Assembly: GCF_964194025.1 (NCBI RefSeq)
Contig: NC_134475.1
Location: 19,158,001-19,222,000, forward strand
DNA from: Convolutriloba macropyga
Taxonomy: Eukaryota
Direction: 5' to 3'
Length of the DNA stretch: 64,000 nt
A program made the translations under genes and the position numbers. The notes under the pieces were generated by a model. It searched no databases. It was not told the DNA's origin and was given only the letters and a program-made list of their open reading frames with translations. Below, in pieces: positions 46,201 to 60,100 of this stretch. Numbering within the stretch: the first letter of the stretch is position 1; each line of letters starts with the position of its first letter.

Positions 46201-49200
46201 GACTTTTCGAATGCCTGTTACGCCGTTGACTGTTTTGTTTTGCGTGATATATTTTTCTCTCGCATTTACAAGTCTAAGTGGTTCAGTACTATTGGTCTAA
46301 TGTAAAGTAAGCCAAAATTGGAGTAATTTCTTGCACTTTAATTGTTAGCTGCGAAGCGATAGTGGCTATTATTGGTATTTTTTTAATTCGTCGTCTCCAT
46401 CGATGATTCTTGCGACCATTGATTTTTTCAATTTCACTGACTTCTACTGCTTTGCAGTTAAAATTTGTGTGCGTAATGTCATTTTTTGCTTTTAATTCAA
46501 TTGCGTGATTTACCTGGCTCGAAAAAATGACTTCTAAACTCACCTAATGGATTTAGTGAACATTCGCTAGTTAAAGGTCAATAGTGTGCATCTAAGTAGT
46601 GCCAAACGTATATGCCCTCATTCATAAATGAAATAGTCTTGTGTTTTTGATTTTGAATATTAATTTTGAAAAAGCTCATGGCTTTTTCCGTATAAAGCGT
46701 ATGTGTCTCTTAAAAATGACAGACCGAATCTAACCCAAGACCTCTAGTGGTCTAGTAATGGACTGGTGGTCAATCTGTCCGTCTTATTTCCTTAGTTATT
46801 TCAATTCCATGGAAAGAGATTCAAAAAAGTTTGTCCGAGAAAGCCGTAGTCACATTCTGTAATGTGGACAGTGAAATCGCTCATTGAAAAGCTGGAGACC
46901 CAGTTTCTTACTAATTTGAAAATTGAGAAAAGCAATAAAATTAATCGCTCTTTGACTGTCCTAACTTTTTTGCTGTCCTTAGAAACGCCACCCCTATTTC
47001 ACTTTGGTCAGTCCAATATGACGTACTAAATTCTAAACAGATCTTGAAAAAAGCCAGCGCCCCGATTCGGCTCAAACTGTTTTAAATGATCAAGAGAAGG
47101 GGCAATAATAGCTCTGCAGAGCTATCGCTATTTCAGCAATCAAGAATGACTGGCAGTTCACAGTTAGAGCAAAATTCGAATATTTTAAATCGTTCTCATA
47201 GTGAAAAGACAAGTGTTAAAAATCTCGGCCTTGTTATTTCTCAATAAAAAAATTGATAATTTTTTCAGATTTTCAAAAGTTTTCACTTATAGCACTTTTT
47301 TAAACATCGGTCGGCCCATTGATTTTGGAAAGCCATAAGTTTCTAACCCCCAAGTTTATTTGGATATAATTGTTTGATTCTGCGTTGATGGAAAGATCGT
47401 AAATTAGCGAATCGTTGTGAAGCATTGAGTTTTGACTGAATCAAGATGATTTGGTTTGCAGAAAACGTACATGTTTAACGAATCTCACAGCATTAGACCT
47501 CATGATTTTGAGCCAAAAGTGTTGGCTCATTAACGTCGTGTTTTGATCTTTAATTGCGCTCTAACGATATATGCAAGAATTTTTGTAAACATTTTGATCT
47601 TCTGCAAAGTTTTCGCTTGACCTTTTTGACTTTTCGAATGCCTGTTACTCCGTTGACTGTTTTGTTTTGCGTGATATATTCTTCTCTCGCATTCGCAAGT
47701 TTAAGTGGCCGAACTCAGTGGTGGTTCAGTACTATAAGTCTAATGTAAAGTAAGCCAAAATTGGAGTAATTTTTTGTACTTTAATTGTTAGCTGCGAAGC
47801 GATAGTGGCTATTATTGGGAACATCGTATTTTTTTAACTCGTTGTCTCCATCGATGATTCTTGCGGCCATTGATTTTTTCAATTTCACTGACTTCTGCTT
47901 TGCAGTTAAAAATTTGTGTGCGTAACGTTATTTTTTGCTTTTAATTCAATTGCGTGATTTACCTCACTCAAAAAATGACTGCTAATCTCACCTAATGAAT
48001 TTTAATTGTTATGAAGGTTGCTAGTTAAAGGTCAATGGTGTGCATCTAAGTAGTGCTAAACGTATATGCCCTAATTATTGAGTATCATAGTCTTGGGTTT
48101 TTGATTTTGTATATTAAGTTTGAAAAGTTCTTAGGGTTTTTTCCTTCTAGAGCGTATGTCTCTTAAAAATGACAGTCCGAATCTAACCTAAAACATTTAA
48201 TGGTTTTTAAGGAACTGGTGGTCAATCTGTCCATCTTATTTTTTTATTTGTTTCATTTCCATGGAAAGCCGTCTATCGCGGCTTTTTTCCGACAATTTGC
48301 CGGGTAAGTTTTAGTGTTTATGATGTTATATAATAACTTCTAATGGCGTTTTTTGAAGTCATTTTTTTGAATATAGATGCTTCCCCCTCTCTCATTCCTA
48401 CTTGACCAAATGAAACAGGCTGTAGTAGGTTCCAGCTCCCACTAGTCGTTCCAGAGCAATTCCCGACATTTGTCTGTTAGGTTTGAATCATCTGCCACCG
48501 CCTCCTTTTTTGATATCTTATTTTTAGTACGGTTAGGTTAGTAATTATTTTGCATGATTCTTCGAGTCGTTTCGGTTATTTCACCTGCTGTTTTTTGAGC
48601 TGAAGCAAGTTTGTTCTTGACTTCAACTTTGGGTTTTGTTTTCGAACATTGACTTGTTTTAGAATGTTGACTTCTCTTTGCAAACATTGGATTTCATATA
48701 CAATAATTCATAGCTGCTGTCAGCCTCTCAACGGCTATTGTTTTGGCGCTCTCCTTTCAAAAATTTGCTTATACTTATGATCACGTTTTTCGTTTTACAT
48801 AAGTCACGATTGTCACGTTTGACTTCCGGCTTACCTCACTCATTGCTTCAACTGCGTGGATTTTAATTCTGTCACGCATTGAATTACTCAATGTGGTGAA
48901 TGCTTTCAAAGTCAAAAGAGCGAAATCAAAAGATCGAAAGAAACATGATAAGCATATAAAACTGGGTCATTAAGTCATAGTGCATTAGGTTATCAAAGTT
49001 CATTAAAGCGATTACTAGCTGGAATTAGTATTATGCTGAATAGTGTTCAGTATAGAAGCTGAATTAAGTTTAATTTAAAAATCCCAATGTGCGGTAAGCG
49101 GGTTGACGGTGACTATTTTCCGGCAATTTGCCGGCTATGTTTAGGATTTGCTTCTAATATTCATGGTCGAAAGGATTTTTTTCCATAACAGTCTCTTCTT

Positions 49201-50708
49201 ATTCAAACTACAGATATCCCCACGTACTTGTCCGCCCGTTCCCCTTCCCCCTCCGCCCGCCTACCTTCCAACCACGCCTCAAACTACAGGCACACACCTT
49301 CTCCCCCACCTGCCTGCCCCAGCCCTACCGTACTACCGTACTTACACCTCCTAACTTACCCCTGTTACCTGCCAACCTCCCCTCCAACTACCCCACATAA
49401 CTGCACCTCAATCCTCTAAACTAAAATTCAGTTTTTTTAAAACAATGTTTAGTTTTATGAAGCTATTAATTTCGTTATTTCTTTTCTTTGATTGTTAATT
49501 GCTCTCAAACGAAGTTTGTAGCAATTATATTAGTCCTGTCGGTCTTTTTTTTATGCGATTTTTCGCTTGACCAATTTTTCATCTGACGCTTTTGACTTTT
49601 CGTCCTCAAAAACGGGATAAACAGGTAGCGCCCAGTGGGCATTATGTGCTCTTAGAGCCTTTCAGGTCTGTTTCAGCTCAAACTGTCTTGGAGACTTATA
49701 CTTATGGTGTGAGGGGCGGTTCTTAGAGGTTGACACCCCCCCTTTGTTGACCCCCCCACCCCCACTATTGGCTCCACCCCCCCTCACCGCGCTTCCCCCC
49801 CCCCGTGGCTAGCTACTGACCAAGCCAACCGCTCGCCGGTCGTTTGAGAGCAATTCGCCCGACGTTAGTCGGTTATGTTTCTTATTTTAGGTAAGGATAG
49901 GTTTGTGTTTATATTGCACGAGTCTTCGAGTCGTTACCTGTATTCTATCGGCTATGTTTTTATGCAAAATTTTCTTAAAGCTTGATGCGACTGTGAGCGA
50001 AAGGCAATTAAAGGCTTTGTAATACAGTGGTAAAGATGTCAGGCTGTCAAACATTTTAGAACTACGCCCTCTTCGAAATTAAATTGCCCCCGTCTGTCGT
50101 TCAAGAACAATTGATCCGACTATAGTTTGGGTTTTTTGGGCGTGCTAACAGAGTACTATAAGGGGCGTGGGTATTTAGTACAATAGCGGAAATAATTCAA
50201 AAACTGAAGATTATGAAGTGTTTTAAATTTACACAATTAATAAAAAAATTTAATTTGAATTACAAATCACTGACAATCAAAATTGTTACTTTAGACGAAG
50301 AACGTGCTGTCAACCAACAGGGCAGTAAACACGGGCCAATTTGTTCTCGTTTCTCTCAGCTCCAGCATCAAAGATGCCAAATATTTCTCCAATTTCAACG
50401 CCTTCAAACTCCTGGGCTTATATATTGTCAATTGCATAGTCTCAAGCAACAACCGATTGGGTAATAAAAGTTTTGTCATCACTGCACCTTCTTCGAGCGA
50501 TGAAAATAACACTGTTGTTTTGGGACTACCACCGCTGCTATTAATGGAAGAAAAGTACTCCAACATATTCGGAAAAGCATTTGAAACGGCAGCTGACATG
50601 ACAAAGTCTAGAATTTATCAAAACTATTTTGAAAATAATTATCTGGACATCAGAACGGAAGATCTTGTCAAGTTTTTGGATGCTTTAACAACCATTATGG
50701 CATCCTAA
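40294..50708 (+). CDS. CDC45: Cell division control protein 45; exons 40294-41688 and 50295-50708 (about 602 aa)
   Basis: EVDSVAACRIL, FINCGATIDL, IDAHRP, acidic insert, LLWLAIIGLTDQ, LYRHWTIWES and terminal NIFGKAFETAA...KFLDAL; GTAAAT donor 41689, TTTAG acceptor 50294, phase 0, 8.6-kb intron. Confidence 0.95.
42180..43982 (-). mobile_element. HINE-like family B element in the CDC45 intron
   Basis: AACAAGG...ATGTGCG-TT-CGCACAT...TTCCGACCCCGCTCATCC at the left end; CCCCTTAAGAGGGGTCGGAA at the right end. Confidence 0.75.
45201..48268. repeat. Older tandem duplication (about 45201-46816 and 46820-48268) in the CDC45 intron
   Basis: Shared blocks such as AATGTGGACARTGAAATCGCTC, GCTCTGCAGAGCTATCGCTA and TTCCATGGAAAG; copy 1 has an extra internal duplication of about 200 bp. 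Confidence 0.85.
49495..49880 (+). mobile_element. HINE-like family A copy, C-rich core
   Basis: TTAATTGCTCTCAAACGAAGTTTGTAGCAATTA ... TCGTTTGAGAGCAATTCGC-CCGAC-GTTA-GTCGG-TTATGTTT. Confidence 0.8.
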
Positions 50709-51526
50709 AATTAAATTCTGGTCTTATGTTTTGTTTTTTGAATCCACTTAGTGTTGCGTGTTGTGAGTTTTTGAAAAGTTGTGCAGTTGTTGTTTTTGTG
50801 CTTTTTTGGATTCTAATTAGGTGCTAATTAACGTGCTCTATCACTCAGTATTTCTGACTAAATTGTGTTCTGATTATAGTAGCCTTTTTGGTTGAAAAAC
50901 ATTTGTATATGTACACGTTTTTGTTGAATTTGTAAATCTTATTAATGATTATCTTTTGCTCGTGTCTCGGTTGATAGCCATTTAAAGTTTAATGCGTTTT
51001 GATGTAAATACTGAGTTTAGTTGTCATTAATTTCCCCATTAGTAAATTAAAATGTTTCCCAACATGTCAAAATTTTCGAAACACCCATGTGTGTGAGAGC
51101 GAGTTTATTATCTCTGTCATCAGTCCGAGATTCTTTCTTGTTTTTTTATATAACTCAAGAGAGAAGGTGAATGTATTATTATAATCAGAGTGAACGTAAA
51201 AGAAGAGATAGGAATTCCTGGAATAGGAATTTCGAGGAAAAATTACGTTGAGAAATTTAAGGAGCCCAGAGAGGAGAGTGGTTATTTTGTCCATTGCGAC
51301 AATTGATAGAAAGTTAGCAATAAATGTACAAAAGACTTTGTTTTGCTCAGTGAAAGTAAGTTCTGTTTACATGGGGGTTTTTGAAGCAGTTTTCTATATT
51401 TTGTTGTTTTTGGCTTTACATTCTTCATTATATCGCAAGTGGTTCATTTTTCAAATATTAGTAGAAGTCCTTTCGCACAAAACTGCTTTGAATCGCCGTC
51501 TACTTCTTTTTTTTCGAATTTCTTCA

Positions 51527-51901
51527 TTAATTGCTCGAGAACGAAGCTGGAGGCAATTATTGTAAACGCGTCGGTCTTCTTTATCGATATGTTTGCTTGG
51601 CCGTTTTTGCGCTTTTGATCTAGGGCATTCTTTTTTCCACGCTGGGATTTCCCAATTTTTGCGTGATCTCAATTGATTTCATTCCTATGAAAGTTTGTCG
51701 GTAAAATAAAAGGGATTTTAGCGTTAAAGTTACATATACGAGATAGCTTAGTGGTTAAGATGTCAGAATAGAGGTTGTGGGTGCGAACACCTCCTGGGTT
51801 GAGAATTTTGCAACCATAAAAAACTTGTAATGTCTACCCCCTCTAAATTAAATTGCACCGGCTGTCGATCGAGAGCAATTCGTCAGATGTTAGTCGGTTT
51901 A
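51527..51901 (+). mobile_element. HINE-like family A copy, tRNA-like core
   Basis: TTAATTGCTCGAGAACGAAG...GCAATTA; core TAGCTTAGTGG...GGTGCGAACAC; 3' TCGATCGAGAGCAATT...TTAGTCGG. Confidence 0.75.
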
Positions 51902-53639
51902 TGATGTTAGTTGATTACCTCAGATCCAAGTCAAATCAAGTTTTCTTGCGAGGCATTATATGGGTAATTACTAATTTGCCATTTTCATCTTCAATTATTG
52001 AAGCGAGTTTTTCTTGTTTTTAAATGTTTAAAAAATCTCATTTTTTATCTGATCGATTGTGTTCACAGCTATTTCTGAAAGCGGTAACAAATTCGAAAAA
52101 TTTACTGGCACAAGATGTGCTTTTTGTAAAGTGCTGGTGTTGAATTTTGACCTGTTATACAGCAACATCTGAATTGCGACCTACAATTTAGCACTTTATT
52201 GATCTTGGAGGTATTATGGCTGCATTTCTGTCGTTTTTTTTTGAGAGAATTTAAAATCTTTGCTAAGGTCGAAAGCAATGTATTTTTTCTTCTACAAGTT
52301 TGAATGCCTGTTTGATTTTTTCTGTTGCATTATATTATTTTTCTGCGTGTTTAAAAATGTGATGATTTAGACGTTAATTTTGATTTCGCATTATCGAAAA
52401 TTTGGTTTGTTTTTTGTTAATGAGCTATTGAAATAATCAGTTCGTTGTTTGCAGTAGTTCATTGTTGAAAATTAGCGGAATCTTTTGGCGTTTTGGACTT
52501 TCGAGGTTTTTATTCACTCTTTTTACTATGTAGTTGAAATCGGTTGAGTTAATTTTCGTAGCGGTTTTTGCTCCTGAGGAAAGTTTCACTGTTCTTTGGG
52601 CTACTTTTGAACCAATTGCAGCAGCTTTTGACTTTTTTGGACATGTATAAACTGCAGCATTAAGGTTCGCATAGGTTTTGTTAAAGTGGGATCTCATTTT
52701 TTTCAGATTGTAACAATTTTTCGTTACTGGTTAAAATATTTTTATGTCGACTTTGAAATAATTAATACGTAAAGGTTTTTTGAATTTTATCTGCAACCGT
52801 TAAGGAGTATATATGCTAATGGTGGTCTATGTACTTTTCAAGATACAAGATTTCGAAGATTGAATAATCAGATTTGATTATTCAGAAACAAGAAGTGGAA
52901 GAAGAGCAAGTGTTGTTGATGCGCGAAATTATTTTCCAATAATGCTTAAGCTGAGCGATAATATGTTATCCGAAAGCTCTTCGCACGCAGGATTATGAAT
53001 TCCAGTGTTAGATTTCTATTCTCTTGCGACTTCAAAGAGTACAGGGATCGTTGTTTTTGCTCACGACAGAAATAGTACATATAGCATGTAAAAGTAGAAC
53101 TAATCTATTTCCTCAAAACTGCCCCAGTCAGCGGAAATTTTCATATCTCGGATTTCTTTACAATTTTCTTGAGATTTTAGTCAGAAACCCTATTTTCTTT
53201 AGAACCATCTCACATTGGTAAGTCCTAATCTGCAATTCGTATTCTAAGTCCTCAGAAATAGGTGAGACTTTTATGGAGTCTTTTTCCCATAAAGCGATTT
53301 TTCATGTTTGTTTACTTGATTCGTCGTTAACAGCTAACGCGGAAAACTGTGACCAATTCGAGTTATTTAATCGAAGAAAATTACGTTTTCTGGCGTAATC
53401 TGTATAGATATCTTAGTACAAATTACGTGAGTAGAGTGAGTTTTTGAATACCTGCACCTCTTTAAGTAGATTTTTCATAAAAATGATGGTCCTAGGCACA
53501 GGTTTAGTTTTTGTCGGAGTCGACTCATCGAATCATTTCTCGATTGAATTATTGGGGGGACTAGTTTTAGGTCGTTCTTTTTACTGTACTTCAGATTGAA
53601 GTTCTTAAACGTTGTGACCCAGTCTCTCCCGCTTTCATA

Positions 53640-56600
53640 ATTGTTCCGACCCCTCTTGAGGGGAAGGAACTATATACTCCAATTGTTTTTTTGTTCAGTC
53701 AATTTTGGCAGATCGATATATTCATCGTAGAGAGTTGAGACTGGTATCATTAGAAAGCTTGTCCAGCGTAGAATATCGAATTAAAAAGATTTTTTTTTAA
53801 TTTTCGTTTTTACAGAGAGTTATCGAGGTTTAAATTTTGAGAAAATAGAGTGAATTCCGGTGAGATTTTATTCACACATTCGGGAATTTTTGACTAAAAC
53901 TTCGCCAATTTTGCTAAAATTTGTTGATTTTTTGTAAAGACAAAAAATTTTTTTAGGCTATTTTTATTAATTTTTTTTGTCAAAAATTCTGGCTAAATTT
54001 TTTTGTCAAAAATTCTGGCGAAAATTCTGGCACGAAATAAGTTTCTTTAGTCCAGTTTGATTAGATATACAGGAAATACTAACCCAAACACTACTAACAC
54101 AATCTTTGTAGACTCAAAAGGGGGCTTTTTCCCAATTCCGTTGAGAGTGCTCTGTAATTAAAACTTTGCCGTTTTTTGTTTAATTTACTCGTTGATTATC
54201 AAAAACGCAGCATCTACTTTTGATTTTTTAACTAACAAAATATCAATATCTATAACATTCGAATAATTAAGCTTATGAACAAACAGCATTAGAAGGGCTA
54301 GTTTTGGACCAATCTTGAACTGGTATAATCCAAAAGTAATTCGCATTGTAATCAGTCGATCTTTTTTATGAAAAAAAAATTTGACCTTTTCTACATTAAT
54401 TAAATAACAGAACATTTCAAACCAAAGCTTACCAATGATAGGTCCAATTGGATTCCTAAATAGCTCCACGTTGTCGTATACAGTTGTTTACTTGGAAGCT
54501 TATGGACGTTTTGACTTTTTAAAATATTTGATTTTCAAATAAATTATGACTTATTGAACTTTGCCTCTATTTTTCTCCTATTTTGGTCAACTTGGAGCTC
54601 ATTGTCAGCAATGAAAGAATGATTCTTCTTTCTATCGAAATCAAATTCAATCTTTGTTGCGGTTTTACGCCTTAAGTTATGGTTTTCTGGCTTTGATGTT
54701 ACTAGATTTTACATTTTTAAAATTTTTAAATATTTGCACATTTTTCAGTTTTCTAGTTTTGTCACATTATCACGTTATTGACAGTTCGTATATCACAATA
54801 TTGGCGTTCAAAATAAGGCACTATTGATAATATTAAAATCTTGAAGATATAGTGTATGATTTCAACGGCTTCGACACTACTTTCTCAAAGAATTTATTTG
54901 AATTTGTTGAATTTTGTCTTTAACTGTCCTTTTTACTTTGTCTTTTTAGTCATTTGAAAATTCCAGTACAATGATCCGGTTCCATTGGCTTTTCATGGAA
55001 GAATAGATGATCCGATATTCTGACGTTAGTAGATAGCTGATGGCTTTTATGACTCTGAAAACAATTGTTTTATAAATTAAAAAAAAAAACACTTTGTAAC
55101 TTCGCAATTTTGCTCCTTTTATTGTCGTTTGTTATCTAGTCTCGTTAATAGCGAGCCAAATATGACATTATTGTTTTCAAGGGATGGTTTCAAGAGGGAT
55201 TGTTGTCACACAATCTAATGTTTTTAAAGAATTCGTTGACTTTACTGGCTTCGACACGGAAAAAAGTATTGATTTTTGATTTTGTCATGTTTGACGTTCT
55301 TTTCATAGACGTAAGACATATTCGGGATAATTTCAATTCTCAAGGCCTTGCTTTGGAAGAATAAACAAACCTATTTAATTTTTTCATTCAGTAATTAATT
55401 TCGCTCATGTCTTTGGACATATTTTTTTTCGAAAAAAAATTAGTGTTATTTAATTTTGCATTTTTTTCCTTCTTATCTACTTGTTACCTAGCTAGCTTCA
55501 TTAATGAGAGGTTATATAATGCATTATAGGTGCTCGCAGAAAGTGCAATCGAACTTATTTTGATGGCAATAGTATGGCTTTGCGGTTTCGAAAGCGTTTT
55601 CTGTCAAAGTTTTAATTGATTTTTTGTTTGTTGTTTATTTGTTGTTAATAGCCGCCCTCATCTTCTCAGCCGGCTATTATTGAGGACGTATTTTTTTTTA
55701 CTTCGTCAAACTTTTTTTCGCTTTACCATTTTGCCGCTTTTTCGACATTTTGCGTGAAATCTTTTTGACTTCTCTAGGCTAGTTTCTCTCTTCTCTCATT
55801 CTGCTAAAAGTGAATTTGAACATCAGTTGCTAAGCAAAGCAATTCAAAATGAAAAGAGTCGGTATAAAAAATTGAAGTCAGAAATAGAAACGGGATAAAC
55901 CCATAAAGCCCAATTTTAGATGCCCGCTATTTGAACGTCGTTCCTATAAGTCTTAGTTACCATCTCTAATGCTTATTGGTATTGATAGTAGCCCCTGTAG
56001 CCTCTAAGAAACAGAAGTACGTTATCTTCAACTACGAAATGCCATCAAAATAAATCGCACTTAAAAAATGTTTTAGTACAAAAATCTTTTTCATTATCTT
56101 CTATTCTTTCAATCCCAATCATGCTTATTGGAATCAACGGCGGCTATTTTCCGGCAATCTGCCGGCTATGTTTCTTTTTGTAACCGCATAAAAAATTGAA
56201 TACCAGCAGTTGTTAATTCCTTCTATAGAAGCATTGGTAATCATACACCTATGGGGTTTTTTAGTTGATTTCTAATGGTTTTCCCTAATTTGAAATTAAT
56301 TGTTTTTAAAAAAACTAGCGTGCTTTTCAACTTTACTGTTTTTGTACTTTATTGTCTAATTGTTACCAAGCCTTTTTATTGAGTAGTCCCATATCTTTTC
56401 TGATGGATTAAAAGTTATTTTGTTTAAGAGCAGTTTTATCTGACGCTATTTTGTCTTTGTTATTAAGTTTTGTTTTTTAAATTGGACACGAAGTTTTTGA
56501 TGTATTTAATTTTTGTTGTTGTTGTTTGATTTTGCTGTTCGTTTTGACTCGCTTTCTTAATATTTGCACATCTCATCAATCTATTGCACCATTATTCACT

Positions 56601-56769
56601 CCACCACTGGGTTATTTGCTTGGAGGCTATCTTATCGTTCATACACCAATTTTTAAAAAAAAATACTTGAATTTTTGGGTTTTTCTATGTTTCTCATTTG
56701 GTTGTCAAAATTGTGGATGAGCGGGGTCGGAACCTTATGTGCAATTGCACATTACCGAGTCGCCTTGTT
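53640..56769 (+). mobile_element. HINE-like family B element
   Basis: 5' TTGTTCCGACCCCTCTTGAGGGG; 3' GGATGAGCGGGGTCGGAACCTT-ATGTGCAATTGCACAT-TACCGAGTCGCCTTGTT. Confidence 0.75.
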
Positions 56770-57148
56770 AATATAAAAATTATGCAATTTTTCTTTAGTC
56801 ACCGAGAACTCAAAAATATCAGTACTTGCAGGAATTTCTTGCGATCATTGAAAGAGCTCGAGCATGTCACCATTTGTCAAAATTTACAGTAAGGCGCCTA
56901 GCTCAATCAAGCCAGCTATTTTTGAATCTATTAACAAGTTCATTTTTTCATTGGTAAAATGGTTCATGCAGCATGAGTTGTCTAACCATTCCAATTATTG
57001 CATATTAAAGCAGTAAGTAAATCAATTATAGATGAACATATTGTGCAAAATGAAAGAAGAATTTGACATCTAGCGGTTGCCTGAAATGAGAACTACTGAT
57101 TTTGCATAAGCAATACAGCAAAAGCCAGAACATGCAATTGACGGTGGT

Positions 57149-60100
57149 TTAGGGCGTATGAGCGCAGGAGAGAGTCAAAAGCTTTATCCGGGACTTCTCG
57201 TGCAGAAATAAACCATGTAAGTACTCAAGGTTAGTTAAGCTATTCCGTTCAATGAACCTGCTGCATTCAAGTTGTGCAATACCTGATGTCGAAAATAGTG
57301 GAACGTTTTGCGATTTGTTATATGACTGTAGACCTTGTTTATCGAAGACGACATGGGAACCAACATAACTGCTCAATTGAGCAGCTACACGTGTGAGTAG
57401 ATGACATCCAATTAGATAATAAATTAAAACTGCAAATCGTTAACTTAGAAAATGGTATATTTTCGATGTGGTTTGTTTCTTTTGATGATCCATAAAATCA
57501 GTACTTAGAAATTCCTAGAGCAGGCGTGTATACTTTGATGCTTATATTAATTTTTAAGGGTAGAAACCAAGAGGTGCAACCTTTTTTGCTCAGCGTTTTT
57601 TGACAAAAAGATATTTGACGGAGATGCTATTAGCTAACAAAAGTGCAACGCCTTTCCAAAGGTTTTGGTTCTCAAGGGCTAATTTTTAAAGCAAAAGGAG
57701 ATGCTTAAATTGAATGTTCTATCATGAAATTTTTGCAACTATTACAAAAGTTTCCCGAGTGCTGAATTCCATTCATTTTTAGTCCGGAGTCTTCAATTTA
57801 CTTTGTTCATTTCAAGAAAATTTCAGTGATAAGATGGTTGATGCCAAATGCTACAGGCCGAGTACATTCGTTTAATTGCTCTCAAACAAAGTTGTAGCAA
57901 TTATATTAGTCCTGTTAGTCTTTTTACGCGATTTTTTGCTTGGCCGATTTTTCGTCTGACCTATTTGACTTTTCGTCCTCAAGAACAGGATAACCAGGTA
58001 GCGCCTAGTGGGCATTAAGTGCTCATAGAGCCTTTTAGCTCAGTTTCCAAGTATGCGATTCACAAACTGTTTTGGAGACTTTTACTTCTGGTCTGAAGGG
58101 CGGTTCTTAGAAGTTGACCCCCCCTCCCCCCACCACAAAAGCCCCAATCCCCACCCCTGTGCAGATCGTAAGGTCACCGTGCAGGCAAAGACCACCCTCC
58201 CACTATTGCCCACCCCCACCCCCTGCAGGCCCCCTTTGCAGCCCCTCCTCCCCTCTTGCTGCGCTCACCTCACGCCCCTTCAATTAAGCTAAAGCTAGCC
58301 TCACAACCGTGGCTAGCTACTGACGAAGCCAACAAGTCGTTTGAGAGCAATCACCCGACGTTAGTCGGTTGTTTTTTGTCAGTCTGTAATATTACCTATC
58401 GGCGATCTTTTTTCCCAATTCTTTCCTTTTACAACGAGAATTTGGTTACATTTTTTCGCTAGAACATATGAACCAATTGTTTTTAGTTTTCTGTAACGCT
58501 TCTCCGCTTTGAACGTTACTGATTTTTGTTCCGACCCCACTTGTGGGGGGAGGAACTATATACTCAAATGGGTTTTTTTTGTTCCGTGAATTTTGGCCGA
58601 CCGATATATTCATCGTAGTTTCATGTGAACACTGCATATTTGGTTCACTTTTGTTCACTTTTACCGTTATTTTCGTTCGAATTAACGTTTTTTCTACAAA
58701 AAATTTAATTCAAAACAAGATTTCACGCCAAAAAGTAAATCAATTTTAGGTTTTTAATAGACGAAAGGAGATAATAAAGACTAGTTCTAGTCTTAGAGGG
58801 AAGTTTAATATATAAAAAAAATTCGAATTAGGTTTGGGAGCTCTTTTTTTTTAAGAAACTTTTGCAATTTTTTTGTTTTTTCAAGTCACCTAGAGACTAC
58901 TAGACACTTTGAATATCGAATTTCCGTCAATGACAAACCTCATTTACAATCAAATCGTTTCGAAGGGATCGCTCATGTTTTTTTTTTGGACTCGTATCTC
59001 AAATTTCGTAATTTCAAATGAAATTTTGATTTATTTTTTGAGGTTTTACTAAAGTTTTATAATCCTATGGCATAAACTTGTTGACTAAAGGTGCAATAGA
59101 TTTGCTAATAAGCATTAAGTGAACCTATCTAGTGCTGTGAGTGGACAGCTAATGGCTGTTAAGATTTTGAAAATAAATTTTCGAAAGTTTTTTAAAATTA
59201 GTAAATCATAAACTTATTTTTGTGAACTGTAAGTTCGTCTCAGTAAAAAATGGATTGAATTCCTTCATACCACTGCAACATAAGTTAATCTCATTGGCGG
59301 CTTTATCAAATAACTATTGGTTATACGTCTTCAACGCCACAAGATTTCAAATTTTTTTTAAAAATTTTTTGGACATTTTATTGGACGTTTCATTGGTTCA
59401 TTTTGAAATCTTATCACGTCATCCTAATATTGATGGCTACATCTTCCTTTAGTGAAGACGTCCAAAGGATCATAGATAAAACTTTCTGAGAAAAAAATAT
59501 GGTTTAAATGGCTTCAACACTTTCTTCTCCCTTTTTTCTAAAGAAATTTTGATTTTTGTCTGTATTTGTTGTTTTTTTTTCATAGTCATAAGACATATTG
59601 TGATGTCTTATTGATTACCTAGGCATCATAAAAATCCTTGTATTCACATCGTGGCATAGCTGAGTGTATTCATTGAATTGCTATGAAAGCTTTTGAGTTT
59701 AATGGCTGTTAAGACTTTAAAAATATTTTCTTTATTTTTTTTAACATAAATCTATCTTAAGCTTATTTTCGTGGATTGTAAGTCAGTCTCGGTAATGACA
59801 GAACCGCTTTTTTTTCTACATCAGCAACAATTTATCTAATTAGCGGTTTTGTCTTCTAACTTTTGGTTTTTTTGACTTCGGTGCACGAGTTTTCATAATT
59901 TTTATAATTTTTGGATTTTTTGTAGTAATTTTGGTTCCTTTTGAAATCGTATTACATTATCCTAATATTGATAGCTCCCATTGGCTTAGTGAAGACGTTC
60001 AATGGATCGTTGAAAAAGTTTTCAGAGAAAAAAGCTTATGGTTTAAATAGCTTCGACACTTTCTTCTCTCAATTTTCTACCGAACTTTTGGATTTTGCCT

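Noticed and set aside
49200-49420. Proline-rich ORFs (also about 31243 and 58053)
   Set aside because: They are translations of C-rich low-complexity or repeat tracts.
51060-53600. Decayed minus-strand LINE
   Set aside because: Fragments such as 52437-52697 are suggestive, but no RT or endonuclease motif could be confirmed.
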